Below are positions 17,936-26,882 of a stretch of 32,000 bases of DNA, in pieces; position 1 is the stretch's first letter; each line of letters begins with the position of its first letter. Under the pieces are notes generated by a model. The model searched no databases. It saw only the letters and a program-made list of their open reading frames with translations, and was not told the DNA's origin. The stretch lies in assembly GCF_001548275.1 (NCBI RefSeq), contig NZ_AP014945.1:390001-422000 (forward strand), read 5' to 3'. A program made the position numbers and the translations under genes. This DNA is from Caldimicrobium thiodismutans. Its GTDB lineage: Bacteria; Desulfobacterota; Thermodesulfobacteria; Thermodesulfobacteriales; Thermodesulfobacteriaceae.

Positions 17936-20085
17936 AGAAGCCTCTCAAGTTGAGTATATTTAAGATGCAAAATAGTTGGCCCTTTACTGATAAAATTGAC
18001 CTTAATTTTTTCTCCCATTACTTCAAGAACCTCTCCTTCTCCAAAATGAGGGTGTTTAACAAAGTCTCCGATTTTAAAAGAGCTTGTTGAGGAAAGCTCA
18101 GTTGAATAATGAGTATTCATATAGTTTTCTGTAACAGGTTTGATATGGGAGCTTTTTTCCTCAGGGGTAGTATAATTGACCTCCTCATATAGGGTCTTTG
18201 GAAGCTCGGTTAAAAATCTGGAGGGTTTAGCAAAGGTTTTCCCTTCTCCGGGCAAATAAACCATAAGGGGGGAGAGAAGAAAGAGTTTTTCTCTGGCTCT
18301 GGTTACCGCAACATAGAAGAGCCTTCTTTCCTCTTCAAGGTCATCGGTATTTTTTAGACTATATAGCGAGGGAAATCTACCTTCAATTAAAGAGAGGATA
18401 AAGACTGTATGCCATTCCAAGCCTTTGGCAGAATGAATGGTAGATAAAATAAGGGGATCCTCATCTAAGGTCTCACCCTCTAATTCAGTAATTTCAAGGG
18501 GTTCAAGAAGGAGATCAGATACAAACTCATCAAGGCTTTTGTATTTAAGGACTAAGGAAAAGAGCCCCTCTAAATCTTTTACTCTTCTATGATAGTCCTC
18601 AGAATAGATGCGTTGAAATAGGGGTTCATAAAAATACCAGATTTTTTGCAAAATCTCGGAGGGGCTTTCTTCTTCATAGGGCTTTATGGTAGTATATAAT
18701 TCAAGCCATCTTTTGAGCTCGTGAGAAGGGCTAAGTCCCAGAATTCGATTTAATGAGGTGGGTAAAGCTTCTCTTTTCAGGGTCTGAATAATTTTTTCTG
18801 CAGTGCGAGGGCCAATTCCCTCCATAAGAAGAAGCACCCGGTTCCAGGAAAGAAAATCCCGAGGATTTAATATAATTTTTAAAAAGGCAAGGAGATCCTT
18901 TATATGAGCAGACTCAAGAAGTTTTAAGCCTCCATATTTAACAAAGGGTATGCCCCGTTTAGCAAGTTCCACCTCAAGTTCGTAAGAGTGATAGGCTGAG
19001 CGAAATAAAACCGCTATTTGAGAGAGTTTAATTCCCTTTTCTCTCAGTTCTAAAATCTTATCAACCACAAATTTGCTTGTTTCTGCTTCATCCTTGGCTC
19101 TGAAAAGCACAGGTTTTGCTCCCTCTTTTTTAAGGGTAAAGAGGGTTTTGGTATATTTTATTTTAGAATTAGCAATAATGACATTTGCAAGATCAAGAAT
19201 AGGTTGGGTGCTTCTATAATTTTGTTCAAGCTTGATAATTTTGGTTTGGGGGAAAATTTTAGGGAAATCAAAAATATTCCGATAATTAGCTCCTCTGAAC
19301 CGATAGATACTTTGTGAATCATCCCCTACAACCATAACATTTTGATGGGTAGAGGCCATATATTTTATAATCTCGCCTTGTAGGGTATTAGTGTCCTGAT
19401 ACTCATCCACCATAATGAAATGAAATCTTTTTCCCATCTCATCTCTGATTTGAGGATAATTTTTTAATATCTCAAGCCAATTAAGCAGTAAATCGTCGTA
19501 ATCCATAAGTTGGTGTTCTTTTTTGTAAATCTTGTATTCTACAAAAAGCCTTTGAATCTCAGGTAAGAACTCTAAGAATTGTGGATATTCCGAGTCAAGA
19601 AGTTCTTCCAGGGATTTTTCCTGATTAAGGGTCTTGCTGTATAAGTTTGCTAAGGTATCCTTTTTAGGAAACCTTTTTTTATTATCACTTAAGCCAAGGC
19701 TTGTTTTAAGAAGATTAAAGAGGTCTTCGGCATCGGTTCTATCTAAGAGAGTAAAGTTTGGGCTGTAACCTATCAGAGTTCCATATTGTCTGAGCATGGT
19801 ATGGCAGAGGGAGTGAAAGGTCCCACCTGTAACTTTATGAAAGTCCCTTTTTAAAAGGAGGCTTGCCCTTTCAATCATTTCTTTGGCTGCTCTTCGGGTA
19901 AAGGTAAGAAGAAGAATTTTTTCCGGAGGGATTCCTTTTTCAACTAAATGAGCCATTCGGCAAACCAGGGTTTTCGTCTTCCCTGAGCCAGCTCCTGCAA
20001 TGACAAGGAGGGGTCCATAAAGGGTCTCTACAGCTTCTCTCTGGGCTGGATTTAAATCTTGAAGATAATTCTTGGATTCCCTCAT
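17932..20085 (-). CDS. uvrD: UvrD/PcrA-type superfamily-1 DNA helicase
   Basis: 717 aa with the motifs AGAGSGKT, MVDEYQDTN, VGDDSQSIYRFRGA, QNYRS, TIHSAKGLEW and YVAVTRAR, plus a C-terminal Tudor-like tail (GDFVKHPHFGEGEV). Confidence 0.95.
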   Translation of the reverse strand: MRESKNYLQDLNPAQREAVETLYGPLLVIAGAGSGKTKTLVCRMAHLVEKGIPPEKILLLTFTRRAAKEMIERASLLLKRDFHKVTGGTFHSLCHTMLRQYGTLIGYSPNFTLLDRTDAEDLFNLLKTSLGLSDNKKRFPKKDTLANLYSKTLNQEKSLEELLDSEYPQFLEFLPEIQRLFVEYKIYKKEHQLMDYDDLLLNWLEILKNYPQIRDEMGKRFHFIMVDEYQDTNTLQGEIIKYMASTHQNVMVVGDDSQSIYRFRGANYRNIFDFPKIFPQTKIIKLEQNYRSTQPILDLANVIIANSKIKYTKTLFTLKKEGAKPVLFRAKDEAETSKFVVDKILELREKGIKLSQIAVLFRSAYHSYELEVELAKRGIPFVKYGGLKLLESAHIKDLLAFLKIILNPRDFLSWNRVLLLMEGIGPRTAEKIIQTLKREALPTSLNRILGLSPSHELKRWLELYTTIKPYEEESPSEILQKIWYFYEPLFQRIYSEDYHRRVKDLEGLFSLVLKYKSLDEFVSDLLLEPLEITELEGETLDEDPLILSTIHSAKGLEWHTVFILSLIEGRFPSLYSLKNTDDLEEERRLFYVAVTRAREKLFLLSPLMVYLPGEGKTFAKPSRFLTELPKTLYEEVNYTTPEEKSSHIKPVTENYMNTHYSTELSSTSSFKIGDFVKHPHFGEGEVLEVMGEKIKVNFISKGPTILHLKYTQLERLL

Positions 20086-20093
20086 AGTTTAAA

Positions 20094-20121
20094 ATTATAA
20101 TCTTAAACTTTTACTTTCCAA
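20094..20121 (-). promoter_or_regulatory. Putative uvrD promoter (implies a leaderless or near-leaderless mRNA)
   Basis: Read on the minus strand: TTGGAA (20121-20116), a 16-nt spacer, then perfect TATAAT (20099-20094). Only 8 nt separate the -10 from the ATG at 20085, and there is no SD. The -35 box lies 7 nt from the left terminus of repeat copy 5. Confidence 0.5.
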
Positions 20122-20128
20122 GAGCAAA

Positions 20129-20244
20129 TGTATGTGTCCATATCTTTATTTATGATGAAATGTATATGGTTTCACATTATTTCTTCCTTTCACCTCTTAC
20201 CTCTTCCAACCTTTCTTTTTCTTGTAAGGATCTGAACTTATGCA
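20129..20244 (+). repeat. Intergenic mosaic element, copy 5 (minimal version, lacks the B hairpin)
   Basis: TGTATGTGTCCATATCTTT ... CTTTCACCTCTTACCTCTTCC ... TTTTTCTTGTAAGGATCTGAACTTATGCA. The ends match as inverted repeats at 14 of 20 positions. Confidence 0.85.
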
Positions 20245-20305
20245 AAAAAAGCAACCTGATCCTCCTTTAAAGAGCCAATTAAATCTTCTTTTCTTTTTAT
20301 ATTTT

Positions 20306-20319
20306 TTGATTTAAATCAA
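20306..20319 (+). promoter_or_regulatory. Perfect CRP/FNR-family consensus box TTGAT-N4-ATCAA
   Basis: TTGATTTAAATCAA is a perfect 14-bp palindrome. A candidate -10 (TATCAT, 20342-20347) puts the box centre about 41-42 nt upstream of the expected TSS (~20354). AGGAGG is at 20358-20363 and the ATG at 20372. Confidence 0.6.
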
Positions 20320-20371
20320 GGATTAATTTAGATTTAGTTTTTATCATATTAGTAGGCAGGAGGAGAAAAAG

Positions 20372-20902
20372 ATGAAGTGTCCAGGGCAGGATTGGAGATA
20401 CTGGAGAGAGGATGCCATTTTTGAAGTTAAATGTCCCTATTGTGGAGCCTCAATTGAATTCTTTAAGGATGATACTGTTAGAAAGTGTTCACAATGTAAA
20501 AAGGCTGTTCCCAATCCACGGATGGATTTTGGGTGTGCCGCTTATTGTAAATATGCTGAGGTATGTTTAGGAGAGCTTCCTCCAGAGCTTATTCGTGAAA
20601 AGGCTAATCTTTTGAAGACGCGCCTTTTGACCCTTCTTCAGGAACTTTTGGACAAAGAGAGTTTTTCCCGCATAGAAAAAGGGGCTGAACTTCTGGAAGA
20701 AGAACTTAGGTCCAAAGAGCAATCTCCAGGCACAAAGCTTTTACTCTTTTATTTTTATTTTTTAACACCTGATCAGAGGGAAGAGCTTTATAAAAAAGCT
20801 AATCTTCCCGAGACCCTCTGGGAGGAGATACGCCACATGTTAAAAGGTTTACCAGCTGATTTAACTCAAGATGCCTTGATAGAAACATTAATAAAGGACT
20901 AA
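20372..20902 (+). CDS. Cys-rich zinc-ribbon protein with a helical C-terminal domain (function unknown)
   Basis: 176 aa with N-terminal CPxxxx..CPYCG..CSQCK..C..C..C cysteine clusters. A strong SD lies 8 nt upstream. Confidence 0.75.
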   Translation: MKCPGQDWRYWREDAIFEVKCPYCGASIEFFKDDTVRKCSQCKKAVPNPRMDFGCAAYCKYAEVCLGELPPELIREKANLLKTRLLTLLQELLDKESFSRIEKGAELLEEELRSKEQSPGTKLLLFYFYFLTPDQREELYKKANLPETLWEEIRHMLKGLPADLTQDALIETLIKD

Positions 20903-20921
20903 ATCAGAGGGAGGTATAAAT

Positions 20922-21659
20922 ATGGCCAAAATTAGAAGAAAAATTATTGAAATTGATGAAACCCTTTGTAATGGCTGTGGTAAATGTGTGACTGCTTGTG
21001 CTGAAGGAGCTCTTGCTATAATTGATGGCAAGGCAAGGCTTGTAAGTGAGATTTACTGTGATGGCCTGGGAGCATGTCTTGGAGAATGCCCAACAGGGGC
21101 TTTAAAAATTGTGGAAAGAGAGGCTGAGGAATTTGATGAGCAGGCTGTGGAAGAATACTTAAAAAGAATGAAGGCTGAGCTTTCTTCACCATTTACTTCT
21201 CAACTGGCTTGTGGTTGTCCTTCCCACCAGTTAAGAGAGCTTGAACCAGAAAGCAGGTCCTCTATTGAAGCTAATATACCCTCTGCTCTTTCTCACTGGC
21301 CAGTCCAAATTAGACTTATTCCACCCAGTGCTCCTTTTTTGAGAGAGGCTAAACTCCTTATTTGTGCAGACTGCGTCTCAGTTGCCTATCCTAAGCTTCA
21401 TCTTGAGCTTCTTCCTGAGAGAAAAATTATGATAGGGTGTCCCAAATTTGATCCCGCCGAACTATATGTAGAGAAGTTTGCCGAGATCTTTGAAAAGGTA
21501 CCCCTTCAGAGTGTTGAAGTAGCTATTATGGAAGTTCCATGTTGTAAAGGGTTAGTTTACATTCTCAATGAAGCAAGAAAGCTTGCTAAAAAGGAAATTC
21601 CCTTTAAGATTTATACCATCGGGGTTAAAGGAGAAATCCTTAGAGAGGAGGTCTTTTGA
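20922..21659 (+). CDS. 4Fe-4S dicluster (ferredoxin-type) domain protein
   Basis: 245 aa with two CxxCxxC...CP motifs (CNGCGKCVTACAEGA; CDGLGACLGECPTGA) and a Cys-containing C-terminal domain (CGCP, CADC, CPKF, PCCKG). Confidence 0.85.
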   Translation: MAKIRRKIIEIDETLCNGCGKCVTACAEGALAIIDGKARLVSEIYCDGLGACLGECPTGALKIVEREAEEFDEQAVEEYLKRMKAELSSPFTSQLACGCPSHQLRELEPESRSSIEANIPSALSHWPVQIRLIPPSAPFLREAKLLICADCVSVAYPKLHLELLPERKIMIGCPKFDPAELYVEKFAEIFEKVPLQSVEVAIMEVPCCKGLVYILNEARKLAKKEIPFKIYTIGVKGEILREEVF

Positions 21660-22456
21660 GCTATATGGAGTGGGAAAGGGAGGCTGAAGAGTATCTTAAA
21701 AAAGTTCCCTTTTTCGTAAGGGGAAGAGTGAAAAGAGAGATTGAGAAATACCTTGCTGAGAGAGGCTTGAAAAGGGTTACCTTAGATGGGGTGCTTTCTG
21801 CTAAAAGTGCCCTTATAGATAAGATGTCTCAGGCAGAAAGAGCCTTTGAGGTAAGTGGGTGTTTTGGTCTTAATTCCTGCCCTAATGCCCTTACTACTTC
21901 TGAGGAGTTACTCAAAAAGCTTGAGCAGGTTCTTGAGGAGGAGAAAATATCCGATTTATTGAGAGAGAAGGTGAAGGGCCCTCTTAAAGCACATCACAAG
22001 TTTAAGGTTCTTCTTTCGGAATGTCCCAATGCCTGCTCCCAGATTTACATCGCGGACTTTGCTCTTCATGGTGTGGTAAAAGTAGATGTGGATCCCAAGG
22101 CCTGTTCCTTTTGTGGGTCCTGTGTAGAGGTCTGTGAGGAGTCTGCTATTAACCTTACTGATTTCGGGCCTTTAGTGAATGAAGAAAGGTGTGTGGGCTG
22201 TGGGCATTGTATAAAGATCTGCCCTGAATCCGCTCTAACTGAGGCTTTCAGAGGATATAAAATCTATCTGGGAGGTAAGCTTGGCAGACATCCAAGACTT
22301 GCAACCTTTCTAACTTATGCAAAAGAGGATGAAGTAATAGCTCTTTTTAAAAAAGTTGTGCAATTTTATAAAGAGAATAATATAAAAGGGGAACGCTTAG
22401 GAACTATCCTTGAGAGAGTTGGCTGGGACAGGGCTAAAGAATTGCTTCTGAGGTAG
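21656..22456 (+). CDS. Fe-S protein: PCP-reductase-like N-terminal domain + 2x[4Fe-4S] ferredoxin domain
   Basis: 266 aa with EEYLKKVPFFVRGRVKREIEKY (PCP_red-like) and the motifs CSFCGSCVEVCE and CVGCGHCIKICP. The start is ambiguous: TTG at 21656 overlaps the upstream stop, and an ATG follows at 21665. Confidence 0.8.
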   Translation: MSYMEWEREAEEYLKKVPFFVRGRVKREIEKYLAERGLKRVTLDGVLSAKSALIDKMSQAERAFEVSGCFGLNSCPNALTTSEELLKKLEQVLEEEKISDLLREKVKGPLKAHHKFKVLLSECPNACSQIYIADFALHGVVKVDVDPKACSFCGSCVEVCEESAINLTDFGPLVNEERCVGCGHCIKICPESALTEAFRGYKIYLGGKLGRHPRLATFLTYAKEDEVIALFKKVVQFYKENNIKGERLGTILERVGWDRAKELLLR

Positions 22457-24065
22457 TATTTTCAGAGGAGGGATTGGTTAAAGATTTTTTTGAGGAATTA
22501 TCTTTTTGAGCCTTATTCAGATAATCCTGAAAATATTCCAGCACCTCACCATTTAACACTCTTTTGGCTCCTGCATATCTCTTTTGAAAGTATGGATCAT
22601 CCAGAACATCAATGGAGACCCTTTTGCGAGAAGATGAGATGTGAATAAAACGATTGTCCCCAATGTAGATACCCACATGGGAGATTCTTTTGCCATTGGT
22701 CTTGAAGAAAACAAGATCTCCTGGAATTAGCTCCGATCTTTCTACAGGAACTCCAACTTGATATTGCTGTAAGGAACTCCGAGGAAGATTTATCCCTAAC
22801 TCTTCGTAAACAAGTTTTACAAAGGCAGAACAGTCCAAATATCCATTGCCTGTCCCTCCTAATTTATAACGGGCATCGGCAAGATTGGCGGAGAGTTCAA
22901 TAAACTTTTGTTGTAAGGCCTTTTCCCCTTCCTTGGAAAGCATGGCTGGGGTAAGAATTTTATTTTTCTTGTCAAGTATATTTTTTTCAAATTTCTGGGA
23001 TAGGCTCTCTTCTTTTGATTCTAAGGACTCCTTTGGACTCTGCAAGACAAAGGGTTTTTCAGCAATCTCTAATTTGGGTGGGATGCGCAGTTTTTGACCA
23101 ACAACTATAATATTATTTTCAAGGTGATTGGCCTCCATCAGTTTCTCAAGGGGAACCTGGTAAAGCAAAGCAATGCTATAAAGAGTTTCCCCGGGTTTAA
23201 CAATGTGATATTTGTCTTCACCGGCAGCAGGAAGCTCTCTTTCTTCTGGTCTTACAGGAGGAAGGATCTTAACCAGAAGTTTTTGACCAGGTTTAACCCT
23301 TTTGGCGCTAAGGTGATTAAGTCTCTTTAATTCCTCAAGGGTGATACCATTCTTTTTAGCGATTTTTTGAAGGGTATCCCCCTTTTTGACGATATAATAA
23401 ATTTTTTGGGGTTCTTGAGGTAAAGCTTGCTTGGTCTTTTCTGGTTTTAAATTTTGGACCTCATAGGAGGGTTTACTTTTTGGAATTTTCAAGGTCATAC
23501 CAGGTTTTAATTGCTGTGGAGAAACCTGGTTAATCCGCAGGATTTCATCAAGAGGAACAGCATATTTCTTGGATATTCTATAAAGATTCTCACCCTTAGC
23601 TATCTGATGGGTAATATAAGATTCCTCCTTAGGAGGTTCTGAAGGGATAGCAGTTTTTTCATGGACTAAAGGATGCCCTTCTTCTACTGGAGAAGGAGAT
23701 AGATTTTTCCCAGGAATAATAAGTTTTTGTTTCAAAGACAATTTTTCAGAGGTGAGATGGTTTGCTTTTTTGATTTCTTCAGGGCTAATACCATAGAGTT
23801 TTGAGATTTTATAAAGGGTCTCTCCTTTTTTGACTATATGAATTTTACCTTTTTCTTTACGCTCTAAGGAATGAGATGAATTGATTGCCTTAGAAGGTTT
23901 TTTTTTCTTGGATTTTGAGGAGACCTTATGAGTAGGTACTTTTGTCTTTTGGGCTTGAGATGAATTCTTATGCTTTTTGGTTGAAGCATATAAAGAAGAT
24001 GAGCTACAAAGAAAAAGAAGGAAAAAAATAATCCAAAATATATTTTTAGAAGACAAAGATTTCAT
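22434..24065 (-). CDS. Secreted or lipoprotein peptidoglycan hydrolase: 4 LysM domains + C-terminal NlpC/P60 endopeptidase
   Basis: 543 aa. It has a signal peptide with a possible lipobox (LFLCSSS), four LysM repeats (HIVKKGETLYKISKLYGIS.. and similar), and the NlpC/P60 catalytic Cys and His context (GYLDCSAFV ... ISHVGIYIG). Confidence 0.92.
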   Translation of the reverse strand: MKSLSSKNIFWIIFFLLFLCSSSSLYASTKKHKNSSQAQKTKVPTHKVSSKSKKKKPSKAINSSHSLERKEKGKIHIVKKGETLYKISKLYGISPEEIKKANHLTSEKLSLKQKLIIPGKNLSPSPVEEGHPLVHEKTAIPSEPPKEESYITHQIAKGENLYRISKKYAVPLDEILRINQVSPQQLKPGMTLKIPKSKPSYEVQNLKPEKTKQALPQEPQKIYYIVKKGDTLQKIAKKNGITLEELKRLNHLSAKRVKPGQKLLVKILPPVRPEERELPAAGEDKYHIVKPGETLYSIALLYQVPLEKLMEANHLENNIIVVGQKLRIPPKLEIAEKPFVLQSPKESLESKEESLSQKFEKNILDKKNKILTPAMLSKEGEKALQQKFIELSANLADARYKLGGTGNGYLDCSAFVKLVYEELGINLPRSSLQQYQVGVPVERSELIPGDLVFFKTNGKRISHVGIYIGDNRFIHISSSRKRVSIDVLDDPYFQKRYAGAKRVLNGEVLEYFQDYLNKAQKDNSSKKSLTNPSSENTTSEAIL

Positions 24066-24094
24066 TTTTGCTTAAAAACCGACTTTTTTATTCT

Positions 24095-24122
24095 TTTATA
24101 CCTTAAAAAAATAAAAAGTCAA
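24095..24122 (-). promoter_or_regulatory. Putative promoter of the LysM/NlpC-P60 gene
   Basis: Read on the minus strand: TTGACT (24122-24117), a 16-nt spacer, then TATAAA (24100-24095). The -35 box lies 6 nt from the left terminus of repeat copy 6. Confidence 0.55.
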
Positions 24123-24128
24123 GGCTGT

Positions 24129-24272
24129 TGTGTAGGCCCATATCTTTTGAGACTTATGAGGATTTTTACTACTACTTTTATTGCTTGCCTTTGCAGATTT
24201 ATGTAGGGGCAAACCTATGTGTTTGCCCTCTTACAACCCTTCCTTTTTCTTGTAAGGATCTGAACTTATGCA
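24129..24272 (+). repeat. Intergenic mosaic element, copy 6 (compact A-B-C version)
   Basis: TGTGTAGGCCCATATCTTTTGAGAC ... perfect B hairpin GGGCAAAC-CTATGT-GTTTGCCC (24207-24228) ... CTTACAA-N13-TTGTAAG stem ... GGATCTGAACTTATGCA. Confidence 0.88.
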
Positions 24273-24393
24273 AAAAAAGGAAATTTTTATGTTCTTAGAC
24301 CTATTTTGAATGAAAAAAGCATTTGTTTTGTCATATAAAAAGCCTCCATTTTGGTTTACACCTACTGGGTGATATTATATCATCCAGAAATCT

Positions 24394-24419
24394 AAATACA
24401 AAAGCCTTCTTTTGTATTT
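24394..24419 (-). terminator. AT-rich hairpin just after the parA-like stop (candidate che-operon terminator)
   Basis: An 11-bp perfect stem, AAATACAAAAG (24394-24404) pairing with CTTTTGTATTT (24409-24419), with loop CCTT. The stem is AU-rich and the minus-strand trailing sequence is only weakly T-rich. Confidence 0.4.
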
Positions 24420-24429
24420 TTGATTGTTT

Positions 24430-25209
24430 CTATTGGCAATTAAGTGATTTTCTCATTTCAATTTCTACCAATATCTCATCAGCCAAAATTTTATAGTCTA
24501 TAGCCCCACGACTATGAGGGGAATAAAACCTAACAGGTGCATGATTTTCAAAGGCTTCAACTAATTTTATATCTGTCCTGATACCGTGAAATACCCTGTT
24601 TTTTCCAAACTGAGTGGCTATTAAATCAAATATTTTTTTGTGCTGCTTAATTCTCTCATTCATCATTATAGGAACAAATCCAAGTATTTTTAGTAACGGA
24701 TTGTAGGAAACTGCGATTTTAAAAAACACCCTTACTAAACTTTTTATCCCCTCTGTGGATAAAAAATGTGGCAAAAAGGGAATCAATACATAATCAGAGG
24801 CTGAAAGTGCATTAATCAGTAAACTGTCAAAGGATGGAGGTGTATCTATCAGGATAAAGTCAAAGTCATTGCGAAATCCTGCTGTTTCAATTAGCTCTTT
24901 TAACGCTCCGTGATTTAAAACCTTTCCATGTTCAAATAAAGGATCAGCAGGGATAACAAATAAATTTTCCCACTCTGTCTTTAATAAAGCTTTTAAATCA
25001 AAATTTTTATGGTCACATAAAAGAGAATGAATGGTATATTGACTTCTATTCAGAGGACAATTTAACCCAATAGTGGCATGCCCTTGTGTATCAAGGTCAA
25101 TGACTAAAGTTTTTTTTCCTCTAAAGGCAAATTCTGCAGAAAGATTAACAACAGTGGTGCTCTTACCTGTTCCACCTTTTCTGTTGGTTATTGTAATTAC
25201 AGTGCCCAT
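24430..25209 (-). CDS. ParA/MinD-family P-loop ATPase encoded at the end of the chemotaxis operon
   Basis: 259 aa with the deviant Walker A NRKGGTGKST, then VIDLDTQG, then Walker B ILIDTPP. The start lies 2 nt after the mcp stop. Confidence 0.9.
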   Translation of the reverse strand: MGTVITITNRKGGTGKSTTVVNLSAEFAFRGKKTLVIDLDTQGHATIGLNCPLNRSQYTIHSLLCDHKNFDLKALLKTEWENLFVIPADPLFEHGKVLNHGALKELIETAGFRNDFDFILIDTPPSFDSLLINALSASDYVLIPFLPHFLSTEGIKSLVRVFFKIAVSYNPLLKILGFVPIMMNERIKQHKKIFDLIATQFGKNRVFHGIRTDIKLVEAFENHAPVRFYSPHSRGAIDYKILADEILVEIEMRKSLNCQ

Positions 25210-25211
25210 TA

Positions 25212-26444
25212 TTAAAATAATTCAATCTTTGGAGATTCCTCCTTTTTATATGACGCATTACCTATAAATTTTGCATGAATGTCTCTCTGTGCTTGCATTA
25301 CATATTTCTGATAAAATGAATCAAAAAACTTCTCTATTTCAATCGGTTGTTTTTCAACTTCAAGACTTAAGAGCCAATTTATAAAAGATTTATTATATTC
25401 AGAAAGGTCCTTTAAACCAGTTATTATAGTTTCAATCCTCTGCCTTATTACATCCTGAAATTGAATATTTCCTAATAAATCGGTAACAACTTTAAAAATT
25501 TGTTCATTCTTCTCCTGAATTTTTTTAGTAATATCATGTAGTAAATTCACAATATTCTTGAATGATTCTTGTGTTTGTATTTTACTTTCTATTTGTAATT
25601 CTTGTAACATTTTATCAAGTTTAGATGATTCCATATTTAAGCTTTCAAATTCTTTATTTATTCTATCTGATAGTTTTATAATATTACTTATGATTTGATT
25701 TGAAATCTTTTCTGTTTCCATTGCAAGCTTTCTTATTTCGTCAGCAACTACAGCAAATCCTCTTCCATGTTCACCAGCTCTTGCTGCTTCAATTGCTGCA
25801 TTTAATGCTAAAAGATTAGTGTTCTCTGCAATATCTTTTATATTAGATATAAAATTAGACACTTTATTTACTTCATTAACCAAGGATCTTAAGCGATTAA
25901 TATTATTTTCGGTGTCTTTCCTATATGAAAGATATAGGTTCTGCAAAATTTTTATTAGTTCATCACTCTGCCTTTCTTGTTTTTCAAATTCTGAAATAAG
26001 ATTTAATCCAGATGAAGCAGAACTGTTAATGAGTTCCGTTTGTATTGTGCTATTTTCATGTAAATAGGAAAGTTTGTTTATAAGTTCCATACTCATTTCT
26101 TCTGTAAATTTAACTATTGATAAAAGATGTTCTGATAAAAGATTATATATCTCACTTAAATTTGAAAGTTGTGTATGTAGAGTGTTGGTAACTGACTTTT
26201 CTGTCATAAAATCTATGAACTTATTTTTTATTGTTTTGCAATGTTTTTTAAAAGGACATCCTCTTCTTATTATAAGATATCCAAAAATGGAGAGGAATAT
26301 AAAATTTAGTATAAGAAATGTAAAAAATACCTTCCATTGTATATCAAAAAATGGAAAATATTTATATGCTATACTACCAAATAAGCTAACTGTAAATGTA
26401 AATGGAGGAATATAAATCCAACTATGTTTAATTGCTTCTCTCAT
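25212..26444 (-). CDS. Methyl-accepting chemotaxis protein (two closely spaced N-terminal TM helices, no obvious periplasmic sensor domain)
   Basis: 410 aa with the highly conserved signalling tip [32 protein letters not shown]. The two hydrophobic segments (aa ~10-60) are separated by only a few residues. Confidence 0.93.
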   Translation of the reverse strand: MREAIKHSWIYIPPFTFTVSLFGSIAYKYFPFFDIQWKVFFTFLILNFIFLSIFGYLIIRRGCPFKKHCKTIKNKFIDFMTEKSVTNTLHTQLSNLSEIYNLLSEHLLSIVKFTEEMSMELINKLSYLHENSTIQTELINSSASSGLNLISEFEKQERQSDELIKILQNLYLSYRKDTENNINRLRSLVNEVNKVSNFISNIKDIAENTNLLALNAAIEAARAGEHGRGFAVVADEIRKLAMETEKISNQIISNIIKLSDRINKEFESLNMESSKLDKMLQELQIESKIQTQESFKNIVNLLHDITKKIQEKNEQIFKVVTDLLGNIQFQDVIRQRIETIITGLKDLSEYNKSFINWLLSLEVEKQPIEIEKFFDSFYQKYVMQAQRDIHAKFIGNASYKKEESPKIELF

Positions 26445-26519
26445 TTTGCTCTATCCTCTTTAATAAATATTTTATTTATCACTTAAAAAAATTGTTAATA
26501 AAAGAGTTTTCATTCAAAC

Positions 26520-26882
26520 TTATGGCAGAAATTTTTTTACTACATTTATCAAATCTGTTCCAGATACAGGTTTTACGAGCCATCCTGCTGCACCAAGTTT
26601 TCTCGCTTCTTCTCTTTTTTTCTGCTCACTTTCAGTAGTGAGAATGAGTATAGGAGTAAATCGTAATAGGGGTTTAACATTTTTTATAAACTCAAGACCG
26701 TCCATAACAGGCATGTTTAAATCTGTAATTATAAGATTAGGTTTTAGGCCTGCTTTTATTTTATCAAGTGCCATTAATCCGTTTGAAGCTGTCTCAACTT
26801 TATATCCATGCAGTTCCAAAACTGATTTAAGGCTTGTTAACATTGTTGATGAATCGTCTACTATAAGAATTATTTTATTCAT
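26520..26882 (-). CDS. cheY: CheY-like single-domain response regulator
   Basis: 120 aa with the receiver signature: DDS acidic pocket (LIVDDSSTM), the phospho-acceptor D in IITDLNMP, T in LTTE, and K in VKP. Confidence 0.92.
   Translation of the reverse strand: MNKIILIVDDSSTMLTSLKSVLELHGYKVETASNGLMALDKIKAGLKPNLIITDLNMPVMDGLEFIKNVKPLLRFTPILILTTESEQKKREEARKLGAAGWLVKPVSGTDLINVVKKFLP

Noticed and set aside
24296-24401. Minus-strand TTGTAT-N16-TATAAT (24401-24374) followed by AGGTG and a 20-codon ORF (MEAFYMTKQMLFSFKIGLRT) reading toward element copy 6
   Set aside because: Promoter-like hexamers arise easily in this AT-rich gap, and the TATAAT is part of a GATAT-T-ATATC palindrome. The ORF is tiny with no supporting conservation. 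It is worth a look in RNA-seq but cannot be supported from sequence.
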